Positions 12,281 through 24,573 of a stretch of DNA of 51,329 nt are shown here, piece after piece. Under the pieces are notes generated by a model. It had not been told where the DNA came from. It saw nothing but the letters and a program-made list of their open reading frames with translations, and ran no database searches. Position 1 is the first letter of the stretch. Each line of letters begins with the position of its first letter. The position numbers were made by a program, and so were the translations under genes. This DNA is from Catajapyx aquilonaris (lineage: Eukaryota): NCBI GenBank assembly GCA_000934665.2, contig JYFJ02002766.1, forward strand, positions 1 through 51,329, given 5' to 3'.

Positions 12281-12559
12281 TTATCAAAACATGTTATTGA
12301 TGAATTAATTTATAGCATCAAACCCATACGTTGAACTTGGTGTCAGTCAACGTACACAGAAGTGATCGAAAGCGGAGGGATAATGGGACAGTGTTATGAA
12401 ATAATGGGTCAACCCACAAAAATGTCAAAATTGAGTTATGCCCAGGAACATACACCCAAAGGATAGTACCGGGGTACTTCATTCAGTTAAAATCAAGGTG
12501 GCGAAATCAGCATTCTTCTGCCACAAATGACATAAAAGTTAACTCATGAATGGTGTGCA

Positions 12560-13033
12560 TGGACGGTGTTATGCAATAATTTGTCAACCCACGAAAATGT
12601 CAAAATTCAGCCAAGCCCAGGAACATACACCTAAAGCAGAAGTTCTTAACCTTTTCGGGCCTCTGCACCCCTTTGTAGACAATATATTGGTCCTTGTCGC
12701 ACCCCCTATACCAGGGGTGATTGATTAAGTTCATAGTTAGGCCAGTTATTAGCTCTTGGTTAGATTAAGTCCAGAGGTGCACCTTGCTCGCACCCCCAGG
12801 GAAGCCACCTCGCACCCCCTGGAGGTGCGGGCACCCCATGATAAGAACCGCTGACCTAAAGGATTCTACTTCATTCAGTTAAAATCACTCAGGTGAAATC
12901 TGCATACTTCTGCCATAAATGACAGAAAAGAACACTGAATTAATTTCACAGGTATGACCTTCAAACAGTTCAAAGCCCCTTTTCTCAAAACGGTTCTCGT
13001 GTGGGTTGACACATTATTGCATAACACCGTCCA
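12560..13033. mobile_element. MITE-like element with ~33-bp TIRs; a partial tandem copy lies at ~12385-12550
   Basis: TGGACGGTGTTATGCAATAATTTGTCAACCCAC (12560-12592) is inverted at 13001-13033 with 1 mismatch. No clear TSD. Confidence 0.65.
12637..12853. mobile_element. hAT (Charlie-like) MITE nested in the previous element
   Basis: 8-bp TSD ACCTAAAG at 12629-12636 and 12854-12861. TIRs are CAGAAGTTCTTAAC and (reverse complement) CAGCGGTTCTTATC. The empty site is visible in the sister copy at ~12455. Confidence 0.85.
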
Positions 13034-16000
13034 ATTATCAAATACAGTATGTTTCACACCACTCCATTTTACGCCGTTTTACGTTAACGCTGGTTTGAAA
13101 ATGACATCATAAAATTTTTAACTTGAAAAATTGTGCAAAATACGACGATAAAAACACAATCTGCACATAAGCACAACACTTCAACACTTTTGCGTCCAAA
13201 TGCACGACCATAAAATAATGCTATTTTTTGTCTTTCGTGGTGCCTTGTGGCGGGTTCTATCGATAAATACAGTACTGTATTGTTGGTCTCATCGGAACCC
13301 TCCGAAGTCTGTTAATTACCCTACGTCTACTGCAGTTCTTGCCAAAAGAAGGGAGAAGAGGTCCGGGTGCAGGTGTATTGCACAATGCTGTACAAAAGGA
13401 ATTGACTCCTTGCTTACATGAACTACTGCAGTTATGTTTTAAATGCAATAAAATCATACACAATTAGTATTGTAAGTGTTTGACCCTGACTACCCTGTTG
13501 GTGGGTGGAACCCAGCTTTTCCCAACCAGAGGGTTTGGGTTGTAAAAGGGACAAGGAGACAGTCTGTATTCAGCTTGGGACAGAGAAGGTCAATAAATAC
13601 CAGTGCTCAAGGAACCCACCTAGATTTCTTGGTATGGGCTATCTAGGGGCGGACCCGGGGCCGTCACAGTATACCTGCATACTTTGTTCGTTGTTGTTGA
13701 TTGGTTGAATTTTTTGTCATTTAGATCTTCAGGCTGGACCAGAACCTTCTTCACGGTCTTATAGTAACGTGAAATGCACTAGAAATGAAGAGACAACACA
13801 ATTATCAGCCATTTATTTTTATTACTTCATAAAGGATGCAAATTAAAACATTGTACATGATCGAAACGTAATATGCCAAAACCTGCATTGCCCGTCGCTT
13901 TGTAATAGGCTCATTCTCAACTGACAGTCACAATTTGATACGAAGCTGACTCTATGGATTATACATTGACATTTTTTCAACCCTGTACAATTTCTTAACC
14001 GACACCCTCTATCAAGACCGTCATCTCACCCCTAATTTACACTTTGTACAAAAAAAATCACTTTCTCTTTGTAACAACAATGTACAAGTATACAACATTG
14101 GATAGAAATCGGGTTTTGGGACAATCCACTCAGTAGCTGCCCTTTCCCGTGCGTTTTTATGAATCAGATATGAAGAGTACAATGCAGCATAATAAATTCA
14201 CATGCTTTTTTTGTGACTAGATGTATTGAAAGCAGCTGAAAAATTGCGACTTAAAGGCACTTATACAAAAAATTTTCCTTCCATTTTATAGTTATAGTCG
14301 TAATGTTTCTACCTAGCTGAAGCTAAAATGAGCTTAAAATGTAGTTCTTTTTCAGAACATGTAACCATTATGCGCACAGATGTAGAGCTTTCTCAAGAAA
14401 TAAATTCATCTTGTGTAACAATGGAATTGCAGATAAGACGAAGTAGTGTTACTTGTGCTGTTACACCCATGCAATTGGAATGTGGCTCGTTGCATCGTTA
14501 TTCACAGTGGAAAGGTGTGGTGGCAAAAAGCACGCCTCACTTATTCACTCAATTAGAACATTGAAGAAGTACGTCCATAAAAACACATTTTAGAATCTTC
14601 ACCACTAAAACTGAAATAAGGATCGCACTAAGGGCTGGTTGTATGAAAGCAAATTAGGGAAAATATCAAACTAAGGTATTTGCAATACATACCGGAATTA
14701 CTGAATATTTTCTCCACAATTTGTATTCGTACATACAGCCCTTAATGAATTTTTTACCTTACAGATTACTTCACAAAAACCAAATTGCATCCGTAAAGCA
14801 AGGAATGAGGGTGTTTTGCTACACTTTACTTTTTGAGCGATTGATTATTTCGCCCGCACACCTTACGTTATGCATATTTTAATTTGAACAAGCATTTTTA
14901 GGCGCCTTGTATTTGGCATTCACACACACACATCCGTAAATCTCGATACTTTGCACAACCAGTTACTGCCCTGTTATTTTATTGAGTGACTGGGTGGTAC
15001 GGAATACCTCATCAGATAAGACATGTAATAGCGTGAGACTAGGAGAACAATATAAGTCTTGCAAAATCACCATCTGAAACATGTTAAATAATTTTCTTAA
15101 ATATTCTCACTTCAATTCCGATTCATCCATCCCATCACGCTCTTTCTCCTACGCTCAAACAATGGCTTTGACAAAAATGCTTGTGAGTATCCATACTGTA
15201 TCCAGTACACGACCATTATTGGTAGAATGAAACTGATGAAATCTAATTTGAATAATCCGGCACAATAAATATCGCACCATCTCAGCCATATTAGCAATAA
15301 TGGTAATGTCAATTGTATTGTCATCCATATGATTGGTCTGAACATTTGACCAGTTTTGAAATATTTTACTCTCGCTTCAGTTGCTACGTCTATAAAACTG
15401 GATCCTTACGCTCCCTAGTTACACATTGTCAAGTTTGGTTTCATATCACTTCAATTGCCGTGGCCTTAACGCACACAATTGTAGTATTGTCGGTGTCTCC
15501 CTCAAAATTTGCCGTGGAAAAGTCTGTTGTAAAAGACAGTTGAATACAATTCACTGATGGCTTTAGTCCCCTCGAAATACACGTGTCCTGAACTGTGATA
15601 TGGTTTTAAGTCATTATGAGGTTAATGTTTTCTGCCTTGCAATGAATTGGAGTATTTTGCATAACTGAAATTTCCAACCTAAAACCAAAGGATCAGATAT
15701 TGCTTTAGTATCCGTGTTCTAACAAAGCGCAGGCAAACATTACAGAGAAAACTAACAAAAATGTTAAGTCCTCTCTCCTCTCACCACGAGGCAGCTAAAT
15801 TTTTATTAGTTCCTTCCATCACACTTGAAGGATGGAACACCCTGTGCATAGTCTGCACCATACTAAATTTGCAGGTATGTTAAGCCTTCAGTGGATAATC
15901 TTTGGCTTATTTTGCAGTGGTAAAACTATTCTTCCAGCATTAGCAACAAGTCGCTCCTGCAACATGCAAGGTTGTGTTATCTAGCTTCCGCAGCCAGCTG

Positions 16001-16459
16001 CAGCAGTTTACACCATTACAACACTGCACATTGCATATATGGGTTTCTTGTAAAGGATGGCAGTGTTGAGGACACTGCCCTTGTCGCACCTTATCCCAAC
16101 TCATTTGGCTGTCATACATGTGCCATTTGCATATTGCAAAGTGTAAATGTGGAACAACTGCTTCTTGGGCAGCAATCATTCGGTTAGGCTCATCACAATT
16201 GCTTTAACACGTTGCAACCACCAGGAGTGCCTACAACACCTCACTACAATTAACACCGGGTACCAAATAAACACCATGTATATTTCACCTTATCACTGTA
16301 CCTCCCAGAGAACATCCATGCACATGGGTCTCGAAAGTACAACACATTTTCAGTCACTACGTCTCACCAGCGTGTAAAAACATTTGTTCGGCTTATTCTG
16401 TGAGTATGGGTGAAGTCACTTGAACAGGGCTTTCACTACAGTCATGGGGCAGGCAACCC

Positions 16460-18355
16460 TCATGAAAGGAGGATGTCCAGAGCTTTGTCCCTGTCGTTCC
16501 CAGAGGAGACCAGAGCATGAACGATCTTTTCCTCTGAGAATCCCAAACCTGTGAACTGAGCCAGGAGTTCCAGGTGGCGTCTAGCCGCCTCCTCCTCCCC
16601 ACCGTGTGAAAAGAGGGCAGATTCGCACTGCTCTCCCGGATAGCCCAACTCCTCCAGGGATTGAACCAGCAGGAGATGCTCTACAACCTGAAATAGGTTT
16701 TGCAGCAATTATGTGGATCTACCTACCTTCGTCCAACTCACCTTCTTGTCATCTGCCCCAAGTCTTTGGCATGCCCTGGCCACTCTCGCAGGAGGGAAGC
16801 CCATTTCAGACAACCTTCTAGCTAGAGCCCTCTCCTCGGAACCCAGCTCCATGGTCGGATCGGGCAACTGGTCGTTCTTTTTGGCAGCTCCGCGTACACC
16901 AGTCCTGGTCTGAGCCCGCGCTGGAACCCTAGGAGGAGGGGTTCTGGCTGTCTTTCTTGCTTGGGAGTCCAGGGGTGCACCTGTCAGGCCCTGTGACCCT
17001 TCCATCTCTTTCCCAAGCTCTTGGACCAAGTCAGGTACACTCTTGGATACTCTAATGGGATTGCTTGCTACGGAATTAGGATATGGTATGGGGTAGGCTG
17101 GAGGAACGTACTGCGGATAGGACGTCTGGGAGTAGGTGGGAGGAGCATACGACGAGGTGCTGGGAACTGTCCAGGTGACGGGTGCAGTTGTATACTGCTG
17201 GGTTGATGCCATCGGAGTGTAATATGAGTTGTAGGCAGACGAGTATGAAGGAGGATATGTTGGAGCTGTTTTGAAGTAATCCATAATTAAACCTCAGTTT
17301 CGCAAATCAATAAATCATTATGCAATAGTTACCATATGCGGAAGCAACGCTGACACCCTCGTTATTGTTGCCATTAACCTTCTGAGGTTGCTGTCCATAA
17401 TGGGGATAGAAACCATTCACCTGTGATGCTGTAGTGGTATTGTTGTTATTATTGTAGCCACTAGCTCCGTACTGGCTTGGTTGCCTGAGAACCCTGGCCA
17501 GTTCCTCCATATCATTAATGGTCTTCAGCTCCATGTTGTCAAATGGTGACGAGGTGTCTGCTTCAAAGTCGGCCAAATTCAAAGGTGGGTAGCTAGGCAA
17601 ATGACCTGCCGATGGCATCATGGGCTGACTGCAGTTATCAACCTGAACTGGGATAAGAATGTGGGTCTCCCGTGCTCTGTCTGGTGAACCCGATGATTGT
17701 GCTGAAAATGAATCATCTTGCATTCAGGTCATACTTTATTACATCAGAGTTGCAAGCCCTCTGAACAACTCTGACTCTACTTACGTTTATCAACAACTTG
17801 CACTTCAGGTTCAGAAGTGCCGCTAGTCGGTATAGCTTCATCAGACTTGTCGCAATCATCAGGATTGGTTTCTTCCGCGCTGCTTCCTTCAACCTCCGCA
17901 CTTTTCCTTCTCTCTTCCCTCAATTTCTGTTCCTCCTCCTCCGCTTCCTCCTTCTTTCTTCGAGCCTCCTCCTCTGCTGCCTCAAGTGCCGCTATACGCT
18001 CCAGTCGCTTAGCCTTAGCCGCTTCTGCCTCTTTCCGCTGGTTCTCAATGTGCGCCAGGATATTCCGCTCCAGTGAGAAGTCATACTAGAAAATACACAC
18101 TGTATATTACCCGCAACTAATTGACAGGCCAGCCATTACCTCTTCACTGAGCAAGTCGTACGGTATCTTCGGGTGGAACCCAACTGGAAGCGTCACCTTC
18201 CTCGGAGGCTTGAACTTCTCCCCAACTTTCACAGGAACGCCGTCCATATACGTAAAATCTGCAAGGTTACGACAGAGAATTACATGTTGAGTCACCTGGG
18301 CAGACTCTTACTTACTGGCTCCATCCTTTCCCTCCGCTCCACCTCCATATGCCAT
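16460..18355 (-). CDS. UBAP1: Ubiquitin-associated protein 1 (ESCRT-I subunit), multi-exon
   Basis: Exons approx. 18355-18316, 18258-18140, 18085-17785, 17716-~17333, ~17292-16743 and ~16687-16460. N-terminal UMA domain (YMDGVPVKVGEKFKPP...YDFSLE), central DFEADTSSPFDNMELKTINDMEEL, and C-terminal UBA/SOUBA (MGFP...LGYP...LGFSEEKIVHAL...DRDKALDILL). Confidence 0.88.
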
Positions 18356-18677
18356 GACCTGGTCACCTTTGGCGGTCCAAGCCCCACCGCCACCGCACAC
18401 AATTCAGCTCATGGGAAGTGCGGTAGGTCCATCCAGTGTTGACCCAATGTTGGTGGCAGCAGCCCCACTGGTGGTCTCCTTCTGGTTGTCCACTGGTTGT
18501 CTCAAGTCCCTTCCTCTGGGTCCTTCTTCTCCCCCTTCTTCTTTATCATCTGAGGGACTTTTCAGTAGTGCCAACATGAAAATGAGCCTCATAGAGCATA
18601 GCTGCTATCCATAAACAGTGGAAAAAAGCAGCTACATTCAAGATTGCCAACAGGCGGTGCGTTCTTCAACCTTTGGA

Positions 18678-18710
18678 GGTGACATCCTGGTGACGTCCTG
18701 GTGAGGTCAC
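18678..18710. promoter_or_regulatory. 3 x 11-bp tandem CRE-like repeat in the putative bidirectional UBAP1/HSCB promoter
   Basis: GGTGACATCCT-GGTGACGTCCT-GGTGAGGTCAC lies between the divergent start codons at 18355 (-) and 18893 (+). Confidence 0.45.
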
Positions 18711-18892
18711 ACACTGCGCCGCTCTGCACTTTCTGAACTGGTGACCGGATGACCTGATCACAGGATAAAAATGTAAGTAGCAAATATTGCGCCATGAGGC
18801 ACATGGGGATGAGGTCACTGAGCACATGCCGCAGGCAATCATGAGCAATAAAATGGTTTCTAATATTTTGTACAGTATTTGCAGATTTGGTA

Positions 18893-21413
18893 ATGCGTGC
18901 GGCCACCGCAGTACTTGTCCGGAGTGTGAGGAACATTCACGGAACCGCTGCTAGTCTGACGCATAGGTAAGGACATTGCCGTACAGGGCTGACACGAGAC
19001 TGGGGAATGCGTGCAATTGAAATACTTCTCCACATGCTCCAGCCCAGCAGCTGCCTAATTACAATCTGCGGTTAGATATAGAACGAGCTTTTTTGAGCGA
19101 AATGGATGTAGGCATGTTTCATGGTCTGGCAGGAATGTCCTCGTCAGATTCTTCGGATGAGGATGAGATTTTTATACAGCTTTTGGATTATGTGCTGCCA
19201 CCGCCACGAGTGTTTAGGGATAGATCCAATCCGTTTGACACCCTAAGTGACGATGACTTCCGAATCAAGTTCCGCTTAACCAAGTCGACTGTGGTGAAGC
19301 TGCTGAATACGGTATGTTACTTAAGCAAATAATTACTGTCACATATCATCTAGAATAGAATGTACAGTAAAACAATATTCTCATAATTGCACTCATTCAT
19401 TGCAGGTTGAGAATCAGTTGGAATTTGCCAGCCAGCGGAACAGGTGTATGAACCCTATGAACCAGCTTCTTATGGCACTACACTTTTATGCTAGTAGTTG
19501 CCATCAGCAGGTTATAGCTGACATGTTCGGGGTCAATAGGGCAACTGTCAGTCGGCTTGTACATAGAGTGACGAGAGTTCTGGCTGGGTTACGTCCCACG
19601 TACATCCGCTTCCCATCCACAGAGGCGGAGAGGCAGGCCACAATGGGAGGATTCCATGCCATAGCTGGATTTCCTGGCGTGATTGGTGTGATTGGTTGTG
19701 TGCACATTCCTATACAGCAACCAGGGGGTGATGATGAAGAGGCTTTTCGAAATAGGACAGACCAGTTCTCGTTGAAGGTCCAGCTTACCTGTGATTCATC
19801 CCTTCGCATTACTAACATTGTGGCAAGATGGCCAGGATCAGTAGATTGTTCCATGATTCTAGACAGCTCAAACATTCGTGCCCGGTTTGAAAGTGGTAAT
19901 GTCCCAGAAGGGTACCTCCTGAGCAATGGCAACTATGCATGTCGGAAATACATCCTACCGCCAGTTGCTAACCCTAAAAGTCCTGTTGAGAAACAGTACA
20001 ATGCTGCACATCTTGCTACCCGCACATGCATTGAGAAAACTTTTGCACTTCTTAAGCAGCGTTTTCCAGGCCTAGGAACCGACCTGCGTCTGAAACTAGA
20101 CAACATTCCTCCCATGATTGTTGCAACCGCAGTTTTGCACAATATTGCTCGCATTGTGGGGGAAGATGGACCGTGTCGTGTTCGTGGAGAATGTAAGGTG
20201 GAATTGGATGATCCGAAAGACATTCTACCACCTGTTGAAGTGCTTGGGGGTGACAGGGCCATGAGGAGGGCTGTGATTCAGAAGTTTAACAAGGGTTAAT
20301 CCTTTTCAGCTGAACAAAAAATTGGCTTCACGGAAGTAACATTGTTAGAGTTTTTAAATTTGTAAATTATATTTCTAATCAATCCACATGAGTGGTTTTA
20401 AGTAAACGTGGTGTAAATTATGATTAGGATGTTTTTATTAATGACATGACGTGCCATGCCATGACATGCCCTATTTCTATACCAGCCAAAAAGATTGGGC
20501 CTTCAAAACATTCTGGCTAGAAAAAAACTAACTTGTAAGTAGATTTAACATGCAAGTGTCACACTGAGTTGTATAATGTACCTTTTGGATCCCTCACAGG
20601 ACTTCGGCCAGGCTGCAGTCACGTCCAGGCCACATACGAATACCATGGCGGTGTTACTCAGCAAAACCTCCAGAGAAACAGTGCTGGAAATGCAACCAGC
20701 CTATCGCTAACCTCTCCTTTTTCTGCCCTGGATGCCAGTCCATACAACCCCTGTTGGGATCACCAACCTACTTTGAGATCCTAGGAATCGAGAAGACGTT
20801 TGACGTGGACCCATTAGTGGTCAGCCAGAAGACACGGGAGTTGCAGCGAAGGTCAGTTGCCACACTATTCGCTACGCGGACCATTCAGAAATGTTTTTTC
20901 TGCAGATTCCATCCGGATCTGTTTGCGAATGCTAGTGAGAAAGAGCAGACGATGGCTCTGGACCACTCAGCCTTGCTCAACAAGGCCAACTCCACCTTGT
21001 CCAATCCAATGGAAAGAGGCTTGTACCTGCTCGGACTGCAGGACATGCGTATTGAGGATGGAACCAGCGGGGTCGAAGGGCCCTTCCTTATGGAGATGAT
21101 GGAGATGAATGAGGAGCTGGAGGACATCAAGGAAAAGGAGCAGGTGGCAAAAATCAAAGAGAAGGTTCAACGCGCCATTCAGGGACTAGTCAGGTTAGTT
21201 GGGCATCATAGCTCGAGAAGCTACATGATAACTCTGTACCTGCAGAAAAATTCTACAATATTATTTTAACCTTTCTTTTCCAGTGGAGTGTCCAAGGCCT
21301 TCAAGCAGAATGATTATGACGGAGCCAAACAACTTTTGATACAAATGAAATACTATGTGAATTTGATTGAAAAACTGAAGGAAATAGAACTGAAATTGGG
21401 CATTGTTTCCTGA
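18893..21413 (+). CDS. HSCB: Mitochondrial Fe-S cluster co-chaperone HscB/HSC20 (247 aa)
   Basis: Exons 18893-18966, 20600-20851, 20906-21193 and 21284-21413 total 744 nt with consistent phases. Presequence-like MRAATAVLVRSVRNIHG; tetracysteine CWKC...FCPGC; J-domain FHPD; C-terminal FLMEMMEMNEELE. The exon 1 assignment is inferred. Confidence 0.88.
19102..20299 (+). CDS. Harbinger transposase-derived (HARBI1-like, DDE_Tnp_4 family) protein, predicted catalytically inactive (367 aa)
   Basis: Exons 19102-19311 and 19406-20299 with a phase-0 GT-AG intron. Motifs FRDRSNPF..LSDDDFRIKFRLTK, HTH QLLMALHFYASS..QQVIADMFGVNRATVSR, GFPGVIGVIGCVHI, ARWPGS and RTCIEKTFALLKQRF. Confidence 0.88.
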
Positions 21414-22006
21414 CGGATTGTAATTTGTACAGAATGTTGCAAATAGTACTCGGGAGGGGTTTTCTTCCTACATTGACACTAAAAACTAAATTGAAAGTGA
21501 CTAGTCGCAAAATAAAAATGTCTTTAATGAAGTGTAAATAAAGGGGTGTAATACTGTACAACATTGTGGATATTAAGTAACCAACCCTGGCAATACATTT
21601 CTTTCGTCTTATTCACAGTGACAATCAAGTAACAGGCTCTCATCCACTGAACATTTCTGGAATGCCGTATCACAGTAAACATCAAACGTACACACAAGGT
21701 TATGTCTCTCGTGACTTGCTTTTTGTACAAAACTGCAACATGAAATATCTGAAAGAATTCAATACACTGTCGACGGAAATTAGTGGTGGCCGCATGTCAC
21801 AGATTATTTTAAGTACACAAAATACGTGATATTCAACTCTCACATAAAATCATCTGCCATCTTCTCATAACCTCGTAATAAATCGTAATCACTGGCAGGT
21901 TGTCTTTAAAGGCTTACGTCCTGTATACTCAAGTTAGTCAAAAAATATTTTGGAAAAGGCATTGAAATTGGCAGCAATCATTCAACTTATGATTCCACAT
22001 GCTCGT

Positions 22007-24181
22007 TCATATTGAAGTTGGATTTATTGTGGCTCCTTGCAACAGTGAGTTCCCGCCAATAATGGCTGTCCCAGCCAGTATGAACCTGTATCCAGTGAGA
22101 CTTCCCAGCAGCCTGAAGGCCGCAACCTCGGCATAGGTGACTCCCCCTACAAAATACACCAGAGCAACTTTCTGGCCGACTCCAGTGTTGCGTTCTCTTT
22201 CACTGATCTCGGAAATGGTCTTTCCAGGAAGTACCCTCAAGGCATCTTCCAGACCCATCAGTGAAAGCGATTTCTCCAGCACTCGCCTGGCAACACCACA
22301 TGCCAGAGGTAAGTACGAGTGGTTAAACACGTACCCAGGGTCAGTTGGTGTTGATATGTTGTTGTCCGTGTTGCCACCCACAAGCTTCAGTTGTTTGGAG
22401 ATTGATTGGAATGGGCTGCGCTTGTTGGGCAAGGAAAGGAGCTTGGCAAATGTCTCAGTGGTTGCCGCAGTGGTGGAATCGGCTGGCTGTGCCGCCATCG
22501 TGAACAGACCAAGCTTCTCTAGGCGATGAAGAGTGACCATGTGTTCGAATCTGAGGGTGCAAGATAACATTAGTGGTAAATAGGTGATCCCGCAAGTAGT
22601 GGTTTCGGCTGTATGGCAAGTTAAGCTTGACTAATATGAACAGGTTAAATTATTATTATTATGAGGCTTAAGGGTGGATAACTACCCATAGCTATGCAGG
22701 AACTGCGTCCTCAGTGCCCGATGCTCCTTAGCTGAAATTCCATCTTGTGTGTGGGAGTAGAGACACAAGAGCCGCAGAACTAATGGCAGGGACATGGATT
22801 TGGCCATACCATCTTCAATGAATCCCACTGCGTCTCGGTACATACCGCTCAGGATGTTGCTCTCCGTCAGTAGATGGCCCTCAAAGTTCTCGCCCTTTGA
22901 CTTCACTATCACTTCGGCTGCCCCTATGTGTAGTGCCAGGGAGCGGCTTTGGGCCTGAAATGGATTAATGCCTACATTACATATCACTCGGCACTCCCCA
23001 CAAAAATAAAAAGCCCCACTTTGTACCTGTATATCACGGAGCTTAGAAGCAATAAAGCTTTTCATCTCAGTGACGGACAGCTTTGATGAACTGTCCTTCA
23101 ATTGCTGAAGCCATCGAGCTTTAGACTGCAGGTATGGGAATATGTGAGCAAAGTGTTTGTGTCGTATCTCATTGTAAATGCCATCCCTGGATGTCAACTG
23201 GTACTTAATTGGTGCTCCTTCCTTCCCTGTCACTTCCGCGCCAAACTCAACAATCCCGCAACGGACACCAAACGTCTCATCCAACAGACTCTCATAGGTC
23301 AGCGGGGTCAGCAGGGGCGTCGTGTAGTCCACGTTGCGATCAAATATGAACAAATGCGTCACCTCTTTTGAGTGAAACTTTGGACGATCTACGCGATCAA
23401 ACAAAACCTAGGACAAGAAATGTGTTAGAATTTTAGAACAGCACATTTGGATGCCAACTTACTTTGACCATACCACTGACAATGTCCGAATACTTCCCAT
23501 GCCCATAGATATTGGTGATCTGTCCATACAGCATCTGGAAGCTCCATATCGAGCGTGCCACAGACGGCAGCAGAGACTGATCATCGTTCACAAACAAGGC
23601 TGGAAACAACTTTGGAAACTCGAGCGAGATAATGTCCTGGTCCAGCGGAATCAGCTCCCACGGAAACTCCTTCAGCTGGACATGCGCATAAAGGCCTTCT
23701 TCCTCAAACAAGCTTTTGATGGAAGTCAGAAGCCTCGGCACCACTATCATCAAATGCTTGTACTTCCTGCCACGCCCCAACTCACATGTCACATGGTCCG
23801 CAATAACCTTGGCCAGCAGTAGATCCGAGTAGAAGAAGTACACCCGCTGGTTGTTGGTGCACGTTGCTGGTGCCGTCCGCTCCAGTTTGTATATCTTCTC
23901 CACGCCATGATCCCTGTAATGCAGTACAGTGTTACTGCAGCCAGGTCACACTTGATGGCTACTCACTTGAGATTATTGACCCTGCATATCCTGTCCAGCG
24001 GCTTCATCAGATGGGGGTCCAACAGCAGATCCTTCTTCCCCGGCAGCTGGTCCAGCAGCTGGCAGAGGTTCTGGCACGAGGCCTGCCTCAGCAGCTCCAG
24101 GTCCACCGATGACCCTCCATCCTGACCCCTGCTGACCCCTGCTCTTCTGCTGACCACCCCGCCCAACTGAAGCTCATCCAT
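22007..24181 (-). CDS. VPS33B: Vacuolar protein sorting 33B (Sec1/Munc18 family), multi-exon
   Basis: LLDQLPGKKDLLLDPHLMKPLDRI, DRNVDYTTPLLTPLTYESLLDETFG and VYFVGGVTYAEVAAFRLLG...GYRFI. The LPGKKDL and YRFI motifs favour 33B over 33A. Confidence 0.88.
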
Positions 24182-24573
24182 CCTGCTGCAAATGACGCTC
24201 ACTCGAATATGGTGGCAACTAACCCCCTACCTGCCGACTAGGCAATCTCGCAACCACAAAGTGAGCCACAATCTGGCAACCTCGCAATGTGGCACCACAG
24301 GATAAAGATGTCCATAACGTTTTTATGGCCATCTTTATCCTGAATGGCGAAGAATCAATATGGGGCGATTCGTCAATAGACCTGTGATCACTTGGCAGGC
24401 GCGCAGGACCCAGTCGCCAGTGTGGTACCGGCACTGGCAGGGCCAACAGGACGGAGTAGCAACGGATCAGGTATTGTAGAGGAATTGGGGGGCCGTGACC
24501 AAAACGGCCTGTTGTTAAAATCATAATTTTATTACATAAATATCACTGCAGTAAAATGTGCAGTCACACAATA

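Noticed and set aside
13500..16450. Short ORFs in the AT-rich stretch downstream of UBAP1
   Set aside because: No recognisable domains; more consistent with a long 3' UTR (minus-strand AATAAA near 13812-13817) or intergenic DNA.
18967..19405. In-frame fusion of HSCB exon 1 to the Harbinger ORF (a mitochondrially targeted transposase)
   Set aside because: The acceptors checked (19042, 19047, 19050, 19075, 19081, 19405) are not in the required phase.
20420..20560. Local first coding exon for HSCB using the GTAAGT at 20535
   Set aside because: Frames either stop before the donor or have the wrong phase for the 20600 exon; a non-coding alternative exon is not excluded.
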